A stretch of DNA of 63,201 bases, the filler included, from Craspedostauros australis (taxonomy: Eukaryota): assembly GCA_030167865.1 (NCBI GenBank). It is 10 parts of 10 records of this genome, joined end to end, with 100 filler letters (N's around TTAATTAATTAA, not from the genome) between each part and the next. Parts side by side here need not be neighbours in the genome. Positions count along the whole stretch, not along the records: positions 1 to 20,017 come from JALAGF010004647.1; 9 more parts are not named here. One strand, given 5' to 3'. This document shows, piece by piece, positions 1 to 10,694 of this stretch (its first letter is position 1; each line of letters starts with the position of its first letter). Made by a program: the position numbers and the translations under genes. Below the pieces are notes generated by a model. It had not been told where the DNA came from and made no database searches. It saw only the letters and a list, made by a program, of their open reading frames with translations.

Positions 1-1747
1 AGCCCCCAATTCTCGCAATATCCAATGGAGTATTCCCATCGATATTCTTGATGCTGATGTCTGCGTTGCACGATTCCACCAAGTACTTGACAACCGCCAA
101 ATTCCCAGTGTCACTTGCCTCCCAAAGTGGTGTACTGCCATTCTTGTTTTGAATGTCGATTTCTGCGTTGGACGATTCCACCAAATACTTCACGACCTCC
201 AATCTACCACTGAAGCACGCTTCGTGCAATGCAGTATTGCCAGTCCTGTTGGCTTTGATGTTGACATCTACCTTGCCTTGTTCAACTAACGACTTCACAA
301 TGTCGGGACGACCAAATGTGCTTGCGCGATGGAGTATCCATTGATAATCCCTGTTTTTTACGTTCAAATCAACATTGGGTGCTGCGACCAGATACTTGAT
401 AACATCGAGGCGGTTGTGGAAACATGCCTTGTCGAGTGGAGTCTCGTGTCGGTTATTCTCAGCGTTGATATTGGCCTTGACGGATTCAACCAACCACTCC
501 ACAACATCAAGATGCCCATGTGCGGTTGCGAGATGGAGGACGGTGTTGCCATACTGGTCTTTCACGTTCAAATCGACACTTGGTGCTGCGACCAGATACT
601 CGACAACATTGAAGCACCTGTGGTAATATGCCTTGTGGAGTGGAGTCTCGTGTTTGTTATTCTCAGCGTTGATTTGGGCCTTGCCTTGTTCAACCAACCG
701 CTTCACAACATCGAGATGGTCATGCGCGGTTGCGAGATGGAGTGCAGTGTTGCCAACCTTGTTCTTGGCGTTGCCATCCACCTTCAGGTCGTCTGACTTC
801 AACAAGAACTCCAACATACCCAGATGACCTCCAGCACTTGCGCAGTGAAGGGCAGTGTCACCATTCTGGTCTTTGGCATTGACGTCCACCTGACCTGACT
901 CCACCAACCATCTCACAACATCCAGATGATCTTTGGAATATGCAGACTGAAGAGCCGTGCCGCCAGCTTCATTCTCAGCATGAATATCTGCCTTGCACGA
1001 CTTCACCAGGTACTCTGCAACATCCAAATGGTCATTTCTGTAAGCAACATGAAGTGCAGTATCGCCGTCATTGTTCTGGACGTCGATAGCCACGGCACGA
1101 GCCTCCATCACATACTTCAAGATATCAAGACGACCTTTCAGACACGCATTGTGGATCGCAGTGTTGCCGAAATCATCTTGAACATTGATTTCCACTCCAT
1201 GTGATCCAACGAGGTACTCCACAACATCCAAGTGTCCATGAAGACATGCGGCATGGAGGGCATTCTCACCCTTCTCATCTTGCACGAGAGCGCTTGCAGA
1301 ATATGACTCGATCAGAGTCTTCAAGATGGCCACATGCCCCTCGGTGCATGCGTTGTGGAGTGCCACCTTGCCGGAGTTATCCTGGAGGTTGACATCTGCA
1401 GTATGCGACCCGGCCAGGTATTCCACGATGTCGACGCTACCCTGTGCGCATGCATAGTGTAGCGCAGTCTCTCCATCCATGGATTGGGCATTGATGTTTG
1501 CTCCGCATGACTCCATCAACTGTTTGATCATTTCAAGCTGGCCGTTGGAGCATGCGAGGTGGAGTGCAGTCTTGTCACGGTGATCCTTGATCGTGTCGAT
1601 GGAGGTTTGTGGAAATGCTGTCTTCCATGCGGTGAGGGTGTCCACATCTCCTCGTTCTGCGGCGCGCAGGAGATCCTGGTCGGTGATGGTTGGCGGGGGT
1701 GCATCAACAAGAGCCGACTTGGGCGGAATGAGAGACGGTGAGACCAT
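1..1747 (-). CDS. Long ankyrin-repeat protein, 3' end runs off the window
   Basis: Not in the ORF track because no stop is reached. Manual translation from ATG 1747 (alternative ATG 1786) gives MVSPSLIPPK...TDQDLLRAAERGDVDTLTAWK, then about 16 repeats of ~34 aa such as GETALHYACAQGSVDIVEYL, GDTALHCASAGGHLGMLEFL and GNTALHLATAHDHLDVVKRL. Confidence 0.92.
   Translation of the reverse strand, partial: MVSPSLIPPKSALVDAPPPTITDQDLLRAAERGDVDTLTAWKTAFPQTSIDTIKDHRDKTALHLACSNGQLEMIKQLMESCGANINAQSMDGETALHYACAQGSVDIVEYLAGSHTADVNLQDNSGKVALHNACTEGHVAILKTLIESYSASALVQDEKGENALHAACLHGHLDVVEYLVGSHGVEINVQDDFGNTAIHNACLKGRLDILKYVMEARAVAIDVQNNDGDTALHVAYRNDHLDVAEYLVKSCKADIHAENEAGGTALQSAYSKDHLDVVRWLVESGQVDVNAKDQNGDTALHCASAGGHLGMLEFLLKSDDLKVDGNAKNKVGNTALHLATAHDHLDVVKRLVEQGKAQINAENNKHETPLHKAYYHRCFNVVEYLVAAPSVDLNVKDQYGNTVLHLATAHGHLDVVEWLVESVKANINAENNRHETPLDKACFHNRLDVIKYLVAAPNVDLNVKNRDYQWILHRASTFGRPDIVKSLVEQGKVDVNIKANRTGNTALHEACFSGRLEVVKYLVESSNAEIDIQNKNGSTPLWEASDTGNLAVVKYLVESCNADISIKNIDGNTPLDIARIGG
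357..764. repeat. Tandem 204-nt duplication (two ankyrin repeats) inside the ankyrin gene
   Basis: cgttcaaatc(a/g)aca... at 361 recurs at 565. gagtggagtctcgtgt, ttattctcagcgttgat and tgcgagatggag also recur at +204. Confidence 0.85.
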
Positions 1748-2910
1748 GGATAGTGATGTCCGGACTTGATGGTTGCGGTTACGCATTGGTGAGGCGAACA
1801 GCGCAACGAGTGGAGGGATGATGAAGACAGTGATGGAGCTGGTGTGTCTCGAAAAGGGATGACTTGTTGCTGAGATCAGATCAATGCGACGGGCTTTTTC
1901 GATGTGATTGATTGATTGCTTGGATGATCGTAGTCGCTTGATCGCATCCGTGTCTGCTTTTTTATGAGGCTGGTGGTCTGTTTCATGATCGTTGGTGGTG
2001 GTATCCCGTGCTCCGTTTCACGCAGCGTGCATGGCATTGCGCCGATGGCCGTCTGGTGATGTTTCTCATTTCTCATTTCGTATTGTTGCCGCGATGCCGC
2101 TCTGCGATTGCCCCATCGACTTGGGCATCAACGTGAACATCAGCTTGAACATAGTCTTGAGCGTGATCGTGGCCGTGGCCACCCACAGAAGGAGAAAGTT
2201 GATCGTGGGCGAAGGTGTCGGAAGTCATCATTATCCCAACATTCTTGGAACGTGGAGACGATCGAGGATCCTGCGAGCGTGGTACGACTATGTTGCAAAG
2301 AATGAGAGTCAACACGAATCTGGTGAAACCACTGGTGTTCCGTGTTGGATCGTGCACGCTCTGTGGCGTCGAAATCGGTCACGGCCCCCTTCTGCGCAGC
2401 TGCTGCTGCTGTTGTTGTTGTTGTTCTCATCTGTTTTCCAGGAAGGTACGATGGATCGGTTGCGTCCTCGTAGTGCCATGGCGACTGATGTCCCTCCTGA
2501 ATGCAATTCTCTGCGTGTACGTGGACGAGAGGAAGGACACGGCGGAAGTGTTCGTGCCGTGGGATCTCCGGGTGCTGATGCTAATACTTCGAATCTCTCT
2601 ACTCGGAGGTCGATACTTCTGCTGGTAACACTTCTGTTGGTAACACTTCTACTCGTATGCACATCATCATCATTGTGTTTGTTGCAACGTCGTCAGTTCC
2701 GTGGCTGGTGATGCAATGGGACATCCATGATCGTCATACGGGTGCTCATCTCACACCACGCTTTTCCTCACGCTTGGTGTCATTCTTGTTCTCGGAATGA
2801 AGTTGTTGGTGGACGTTCATTCACGAATCGGTTGTTCTCTTCGACATTGAGTCACGCGATGCACTCAATCAACGTTCACCCAACGGTTGCTGCGAATCTG
2901 GCCACTGTCG

Positions 2911-2981
2911 TCATTTTCATCATTTTCATCATTGTCATCATTGTCATCATTGTCATCATTGTCATCATTGCCATCATTGCC
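2911..2981. repeat. 9-nt minisatellite (CATTGTCAT-like, about 8 units)
   Basis: Directly visible: cattttcat x2, cattgtcat x4, cattgccat, cattgccac. Confidence 0.9.
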
Positions 2982-3136
2982 ACCACTGCAGTCATAGCAC
3001 AATACCAGTCAGTGCCGAGGCTGGTGCCAATCAAAGGCACGCGCAAGAGGAAGCGGCATCGCACCATACCACACCACACCATACGTACTTCATCCTGATC
3101 GCAGTGGTGTGCGCACTGCATTGGCTCAACAACGCA

Positions 3137-4779
3137 ATGGCAGATGGCAGCCCACTGCACAAACACGATGGATCGTTAGCGCGAAAGATGATGGCCGGCA
3201 TTTTGGTGTGCTTCATACTTCTGCAAGCCAAGGGTCTGTACAATGTATCGAATCATCCCTGGTTTCTGGACTCTTCAATTCCACTGGAGGGTGCTGACTA
3301 TGTCACTCCCATCGATTTGGTTCCTCCTCGTCGGGATGCACACACGGATGGTTGGAACGACATGGCGACCACCGCATCCGCCGAGTCATTGGTGCAGCCA
3401 CTGACTCAGGTGCCAACGGCAACACCAGCGAATACCAGACTACGAGTGGATGGAACACTGCAATCCCCTCATGCTCATCACATTCAACAGAAGATGCCGC
3501 AACTCGTCCTCCACGTTGGACCGTCGAAGACAGCCACATCCACCATGCAAGCCAACATGCAAGAGCTCAAGCAGAAAGGGGTTGTTCGAACAGGACAAGT
3601 ACGTCTACTGGGGGCGGGAATCTTTTGATGGAAGCTATGGTGGGATCGAACTCAACTCCATTGGTGAGTTATGGAACGTCACCTGCATGCACAAGGAGTA
3701 CGCAGACTATCTCCAACGGAAACGACATTCCGTCGATGCCAGGAACGCCAACAATTTGACGATTTCGTCCACTGAATTCGATTCAGCGGCGTCTTTGCCC
3801 ACGCATGCTGTTCCGGATTGCATCCGGAACGTCAAGAACCTTCTGGGTTCATTGAGGCAGGATGGTATGTCCTTGATTGTGAGCGATGAATTGTATTCCT
3901 GGAGAACACGATTTCGAACACAGGGGGATCTATCACAAGCCCATGTTCTTTGATCACCTCCAGGACTTGCTACAGGGATGGAATGTGACCGTCATCGTCA
4001 CCTATCGCCGTGTCTTCGACTGGATGCTCAGCAGCATCAAGCAGGCTCACTCCCGCAAAATCGACAAGACGTTTGCGATAAGCCAATGGTCTGCCGACGG
4101 CGGAAAGGCTCAAGAACGGACCTGGCCCATCATTTGCGGCTGGGTCCGCCAGAGCTTGCCTCTTGCGCGCGATCCCAACAGGCGCAAGACGGTCACAGGG
4201 ACGTACGCCTTCATGGATGGTTCTATACATCTCTGGAATTCAGGCGGCTTTGCAACGCACATCCTCAACATGCATTCCCAACGCCACATCACGCAGCAGC
4301 TGATTTGCGATTTCATCCATCATGCGCCCAATTTCTGTCGGTATCTGGAGGAGAAAAAAGACAACCCACCAAGGAATGTTCGCAACATGCTGTGGTACAA
4401 GCACAACGATATTGTCTTCTCAGCCGCGGAGCGAGGTGTGATTCCCAAAAACAAGCAAGCCCGCCCATCAAGGATAAGCTTTGCGAATCTACTGGCACTC
4501 TACCATGGTCGCACATGCAACAAGACGATGGCAGATCTGCCATTGGTTTGCCCTTCCGACGATCAGCTGGAGCATTTTCTCAACATGTCGCTGAGTATAG
4601 AACGCCAATTGATGCCTGATTGGTACGCTTCTCCAGAGGGCGAATCGCTGCGTCGATCAGCATTTCAACACTCCGCGTATCGCAAACGCGAGTTTTGCGA
4701 AGTGGACTTGGACCGACTCTTTCAGAATGTCACATCCTGGAATGGTCTGTTGCGAAACCTCAATCGGACCTGGGATTGA
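3137..4779 (+). pseudogene. Type II membrane sulfotransferase-like protein split by two +1 frameshifts (pseudogene or homopolymer assembly error)
   Basis: N-terminal hydrophobic anchor (MMAGILVCFILL), LVLHVGPSKTATSTMQ (5'-PSB-like loop), LIVSDE and VIVTYRRVFDWMLSS (3'-PB-like). ORFs 3104-3628, 3450-3953 and 3886-4779 join if one base is removed at aaagggg (3575-3581) and one at ggggg (3923-3927). Confidence 0.65.
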
Positions 4780-5105
4780 GGCGAGGCTGCAAGATCCTGC
4801 AATTGCTATCCGCGCGCAAGGTCGCGACCAGCAATGATGGGCCTTCTGCGCTGTTGTGGGTTCCGACATTCCGTTTCATATCAATAGAGTAGGGTACATA
4901 CCCATGCATTGTATTATACATAGGACGCATGGTTGTATAAAATGAAAATGGTTCTAAAGCAATCGAAATCCATGTGGCTAGTTCCGGCAGAATCATCTCC
5001 ACAGTGTCTCACTTGTTGGCACATCATGCCTTGTTGTTGCATTCCGATGCTGTGCAGTCGTATGGAGAGATCATGCATTGCTGTGCGAAATGCAACCGAC
5101 GTGCT

Positions 5106-8069
5106 CTATGCAGCGACGGCGTACGATTCGGAGAACTTCTGGATGGCCTCGAGGCCGGCACGGTTGCAAAAGTCACCGAATGCTTCGAATTCATGTCGCT
5201 CCTTGGCGTACATGACGAACACTGGCTCCAGGGTGGCCTCCAGGTCATCGGCCTTCATCTTGGCCAAGTATGGGTACGCGGTTCGCGTCAGGACTGGACT
5301 TCCGCCGAGCCACACCTGGTAATTCTTTGGTCCGTCACCGACGAGAGCGATCTCGGCCATGTACGGACGAGCGCAGCCGTTGGGGCAGCCGGTCATGCGG
5401 ATCATGATCTCCTCGTCGCTGATTCCGGTCTTGTCCATGACGTTGCGGATGCGCTGGAGGTAGTTGGGCAGGACACGTTCGGCCTCTGTCTGGGCCAGAC
5501 CGCAGAGTGGGAGTGCTGGGCATGCCATGGCGAGACGGTTCAACGGATCGACATTCTCGATGGGCTGGATGCCATGCTCGGCGAGGATGGCCTCGATGTC
5601 CTCCTTGTCCTTGGGGTCGATGTCGCGGAAGATGAGGGACTGGGTGGGGCTGAGGATCATGGAGATGTTGTACTTGTCAACGAGGACGCGGAGGGCGCTC
5701 TTGAGACGGAAGCTGCCTTCGTCCTTGACACGGCCGCTCTCGACGTGGAGTCCGTAGAAGAGCTTGCCGTCTCCCTGCTCCCACCAGCCCATCCAGTCGC
5801 TGTATTTCCATTCCTGAATTGGACGCCATGGCTGGATCTTCTTGCCGAAGTAACTCTCGACGAGCGTGCGGAAGTTGTCAACGCCGAGGGTGTGGACGAG
5901 GTACTTCATGCGGGCGTTGGCACGGACGTCGCGGTTGCCGTGATCGCGCTGGGCGGCGACGATGCTCTTCATGACCTCCATGATGTCCTCCTTGGGGACG
6001 AAACCCAAGTGATCGGCCGCGCGGGCGAAGGTGTTCTCCTTGTTGTGGGTGCGGCCCATGCCGCCGCCGACCATGACGTTGAAACCCTCCAGCTCGCCTG
6101 CCTCGTTGGTGATGACGACGCAGCCGATGTCATTCGTGTAGATGTCGATGGAGTTGTCGCCTGGCACGGTGACGCCGATCTTGAACTTTCGTGGCAGGTA
6201 TCTGTCTCCGTAAATTGGCTCGATGGGGTGGTCGAGGATGATTCCTCTGCCGTTGTCATACTTCATGGTCTCGTCAATGTTGTGGTGGTCGACCTCCTTG
6301 TGCCATGTCTCGATGCTTGCGGCCTTCTCACCGTCGAGCCAGATCTCGGAGAATGCTGGTGTCATGGGACGGAAGAGCTGCGCGAAGACCTTGCTGTACT
6401 CGCGCGTGTATGCGTAGTCGGAGGAGGCGAATGGCGCGGGCGTGGTCATGACATTGCGGCTGACATCACCGCAGGCACCGACGGTGGAGGAGCCGATGTC
6501 CATGATGGACCCGATGACGGTCTTCAAGCTTCCCTTGAGGATGCCGTGCATCTGGAAGCATTGGCGCGTGGTGGCGCGGAGGTCACCCTGTCCGTGCTCT
6601 TTGGAAAGATCATCGAGCAGACGGAAGAGGTCCGGCGGCATCTCTCCGGCCGGTTGCTTCAACCGCAGCATGAACTGGAAATCCTTCTTCCCCCTGATCT
6701 CTCTGTTGGACTGCTGGTAGGAACCGTGGTACTTGAGGATTTGGTACGCATCCTTGGAAATGCCGATCTTGTCAGTGGTAAGTTGCTAAAGTGTGGTGGA
6801 TGTTGTGGATGTTGTGGATGTCGTGAAGGATGGAAGTATGAGGTTGAAAAATGATGGAGGAATGATGGTCGTCAGCAATGAGATTGGCGGCAACACAGGC
6901 GATAATGAGTTCGCAGAATATCAGTATGGCATGCATGCATGCCCACGTCGAATAGAGGTTTGATGAAGTTGATGCAGGCAACGAGAGTGAATGAGTATGC
7001 TGCCATCAATATGTGCCCCCACGATTGGCACCCATGATTGACAACCGACGCATTGCATCGTCAAGGATGATGACAATGACGCAAGCCAAAGCCTGGCATT
7101 GTCTCCTCGCACGCACACAAACGCACACACCATCAGAGATATGCAGATGATGTGCGTCGGTTGTATCAATCCTGACGATCATGGACCTCATGGACGTCAT
7201 GAACATCATCATCATCGTTGTCGATGGAATGGAAACGAAGTCGATTGCTTACTGCCATGAGCTCATTGCGTGTTCATCTCCCTGCCTCATGCTCTTGGCT
7301 TGCCAAATTGAAGTCCGAATCGCACCCAATGAAGACGAAGGCTTCTGGGAGACGCGACAAGAGGATCTCAAATCATTGGACTGGCTGGGAGCATTCGAGG
7401 GAAGGAGACTTCACTGGATGCAGTCGGTAGTAGAGCTCATGACGTAACCTTCTCGTTCTTGTTGTTTTCCACCGATTGATTGATTGATTGATCGAATGGC
7501 TGCGTGTTCGGTTGATGGGGCACTATCATTCGCATTGGTGTCCTCATTGATGTGCTCGTGGATGTGTTCATTGCTCTGGCGTCTTTTTTTCATTCAACAA
7601 TTCAAGGGAGACAGCTCTGATTCGCGTTCCTCACACATGCACGATTGTGTGTGGGATGGCAAAGTCGATGCACTTCACTCCCATCCCCCTTCACGATGTG
7701 CTTCACGCTATCCTTCACTTTGTTCCTTTCTGTTCATTTGTGAACGTGATGCGGAAATGAAGGAATTGGTGGCGTCCTCGTATGAAGGTGGATGGGGGTT
7801 GATGAAGGGCAATGTGGTGTCATCATCGGTTGTCGCAATGACGTTGAAAATGACCATGATCATGGTAATCGTACCTCGTTGAGCGGGTCGCGCAGGTTCC
7901 TGGAAATGATCTTCAAGTTCTCGAGCTTGGAGATCTTCTTCTCGGTCCTTGGCTTTTCCAACACCATGGACAAGGCAGAGCCGTTGCTGGTGGATGGGAG
8001 AGTGCGTGGGGCAGTGAATGCCGATGCGGAGCCGATCACGGCGGCAAGTGCCAATGGGAAGGTCTTCAT
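5106..8069 (-). CDS. SIR: Plastid ferredoxin-dependent sulfite reductase; exons 8069-7875 and 6785-5106; about 624 aa
   Basis: Exon 1 has a bipartite presequence (MKTFPLALAAVIGSASA-FTAP). The GAG|GTACG...TTTAG|CAA junction gives DPLNE|QLTTDKIGISKDAYQILKYHGSYQQ. Motifs LRATTRQ, STVGACGDVSRN, YLPRKFK and the siroheme/4Fe-4S cysteines MACPALPLC and TGCPNGCARPY. Confidence 0.95.
7253..7448 (-). other. Candidate structured intronic element / cryptic poison exon in the SIR intron
   Basis: 11-bp closing stem (7254-7264 with 7433-7443), two alternative internal helices, a GTAAGC donor at 7252-7247 and a possible AAG acceptor at 7451-7449. Paired by eye only. Confidence 0.45.
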
Positions 8070-9192
8070 GTTGGATGATCGCTTTGTTGGTTGTCTTTGG
8101 GTGTCTCCAGGCAGATCAGTGAATCGACTGATGGGTCAATTGATCGTGAAGTTCGTTGATGTCGGCGTTGGGCGAGTTGTGATTGTGTGAGGATGGGGGG
8201 GGGGAACCAGAGGAATCTGTTTGCGCACACAGTGATGTCTCGAGGGTGTTGTGATCAAGCACTGATGTGGATGATGGAATTTATCGCGCTTCTCGTGGTT
8301 CAGGACTGGGGGAGTTGGTTGTTGTCTGTGGAAGGTCTGTGCGAAACCCGTCGTTGGCTCTTTCGGTTGTATTTGCAGATGATGGGAGTGGTGGACGTTT
8401 GGATCGTCGTCGTTGTTCTCTACCCCTCTCTCGCAATTGTTTTCTGTCGCTCCTGGCCAGATTCCTTCACCGTATTTCATGGCGGGGAGAGGGCACTGGT
8501 TGTTGGTAGCACTGATGTTGACGCCATCTGCTGGCATTTCTTTCCTCCTGTTCTTCTTGCTTCATCGTGTACCAGTACGAGGTACGAGGAGGTACACGTT
8601 GTTCCAAAGATCGCGGCACAAACAGCCACCACGGAAACAGCACCTGTCGTTTCTGGACAATGATTGGCTTTGGGGGCAGTCCCGAGACCCAATCCCATTG
8701 GTGGAATTCTCCGAGCGCAGAAAACGTCGCGTCAGAGGGTGCGGCAGTTGTTGTTGCAGAACATCGTGTAAAACACGAACGCTTTCCTTTTGAAGCTTTG
8801 CGAGTACTTTCGTTTCGGAGAAACGTGACGCAATCAACGACCCGTTCGAACAAACAGACCGTGTTCGCCTTTTCGCCCACGTCTGTCCAACCATCAGTCT
8901 ACTCATTCATCAAGAAATCAAGCACGCTCCGTGGCTTCCACTCACTGGCGACAACGCCAACAACAACAACGAGGAAGACCGCGAGGACGGACCGACCATG
9001 GCGCAATTTCGGAGGAGCACGAACATCGATCACCGTTCGTCGCGTCGGCATCAGATCGCCGAGCAAACGACAAATTGAAAGTATCCTCGTTGATCCAGCT
9101 GTAGCTGTTCCACGGCCAAGGAAAACAAGCAACACAAGCAACGACTGAAGCGCAAGACAACTTCTCTCCTCAAGTCTACTCTGCTGTCCATC
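8070..9192. promoter_or_regulatory. Divergent intergenic region between SIR and NAA10 (promoters and 5' UTRs)
   Basis: Head-to-head gene arrangement only; no specific motif identified. Confidence 0.5.
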
Positions 9193-10209
9193 ATGGTGTG
9201 CATCCGACAAGCCACGGTCCAGGACCTGCTCCAAATGCAGACCACCAACCTCTGGTGCTTGCCGGAGAATTACCAGATGAAGTACTACTTCTACCATCTC
9301 CTCAGCTGGCCGCAGCTCCTCTGGGTGGCGGAGGACTTTGACGGCAAGATCGTTGGTTACGTCCTGGCCAAGATGGAGGAGGACAGCCGAAAGCCAAAGC
9401 ACGGTGCGTCGCTCTCGTCCTGTCGTCCAACTGCTGCATATTGACATACCAGACACAGGATGCACAGCAGTATGCGCAGCAGTATGCGCCATGTCCTGCT
9501 CTTCCCACCACTGGTGTCAATGGCGATGATTGCACCATGATGTCCCTATTTCACTTCACTTTTCTCACTCTCACACTCACACCTATCGTCATCTTTCTGG
9601 TTCTTCATTCTCTATTTGTTCGCTTGCTTACCACAATCTCACTTCACTTCATCCATCTGTGCAACTATGCATTCGTGCAAACTCGTACTCCCAATTGCAG
9701 GTCACATCACATCTCTGTCAGTCCTGAGAACGCATCGGAAACGTGGCATCGGTAAGTGCAACAGCAATGTTCATCAATTTGTATCTGCGTCTGCTCTCGG
9801 CTGTTGGTTCACTTCATCCGGACACTCCAGCATTCCAATCTCAGTCCCAACCTCACATACAATACTTACGACCACCACAACCACAAACATTCCTCTTGTT
9901 CACTGTCGCCTCCCAATCATTCCCAACATATCCCCCGACACAGCCACCGCGCTGATGAGACGATCGCAGCAAGAGATGGCGAACATTTTTGACGCCGAAT
10001 ACGTGAGCTTGCATGTCCGAAAATCCAACGAGGCTGCCTATCATCTGTACAACATCACGCTGAAGTACGTCGTCAACGACATCGAGAAGGGCTACTATGC
10101 GGACGGAGAGGATGCCTACGACATGAGATGCTACTTCAAGCAACCCGAGGGACAGGAAGCCGCGAAGGACGAAGGCGAATCATCTGAAGAGACCGCGGAG
10201 AAACAATGA
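9193..10209 (+). CDS. NAA10: N-alpha-acetyltransferase NatA catalytic subunit; exons 9193-9403, 9701-9751, 9944-10209; 175 aa
   Basis: [68 protein letters not shown] and [11 protein letters not shown]. Both introns are GT-AG and keep the frame. Confidence 0.96.
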
Positions 10210-10694
10210 ACAAAGCAGTAACAAAGAAGTAACAAAGAAGTAAACAAGGATGAACAACATCATAACGGACCATCCATGTTTGGTCCTTTCCTGCGGATGG
10301 TACCATGCTGCGGCCGCCCTTTGTGAGTGGTGATGCGTTTTGGTGGCAAGAGTGGAGTCGCGTGGGTTCTCGTAGATGGTAGTATTCGGTTTGAATGCAG
10401 ACCAATCGCGACGCTTTCCCACGATTGGAAACACGAACTCCAACCACACCAATGACCACAACAACAACAACCACAGCCACCTTCGCGGTCAACCCGCACC
10501 TCCAGAAGCATTGGCACCACAGTCGCATCACAGAGTAGGTAGAATGCAGAACGACGCCACAAGATTGTCATCCCATCTCATAGATCGTACATACTCGCAC
10601 ACACGACATTGTATCACTTGAGTAAAGCATTGAACAATACTATTGTGTATTATCATAGTACATAGACCACCATAGTCGACAACATCCCACCACC

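Noticed and set aside
1800..3100. Protein-coding gene between the ankyrin and sulfotransferase-like genes
   Set aside because: Only short low-complexity ORFs driven by simple repeats; no motif or consistent splice model.
4974..6854. 626-aa plus-strand ORF (likewise 20810-22348, 57645-59420 and the same-strand alternative frame 31867-33543)
   Set aside because: Shadow ORFs of genuine genes, explained by GC-rich codon bias; no recognisable motifs.
7253..7448. Known TPP or SAM-I riboswitch in the SIR intron
   Set aside because: Fragments resemble them (GGGUGC, GCAGGGAG, CAUCCAG...AGAUG), but the cores (CUGAGA and ACCUGA...UAAU for TPP; GCAACC before GGUGC for SAM-I) are absent or out of order.
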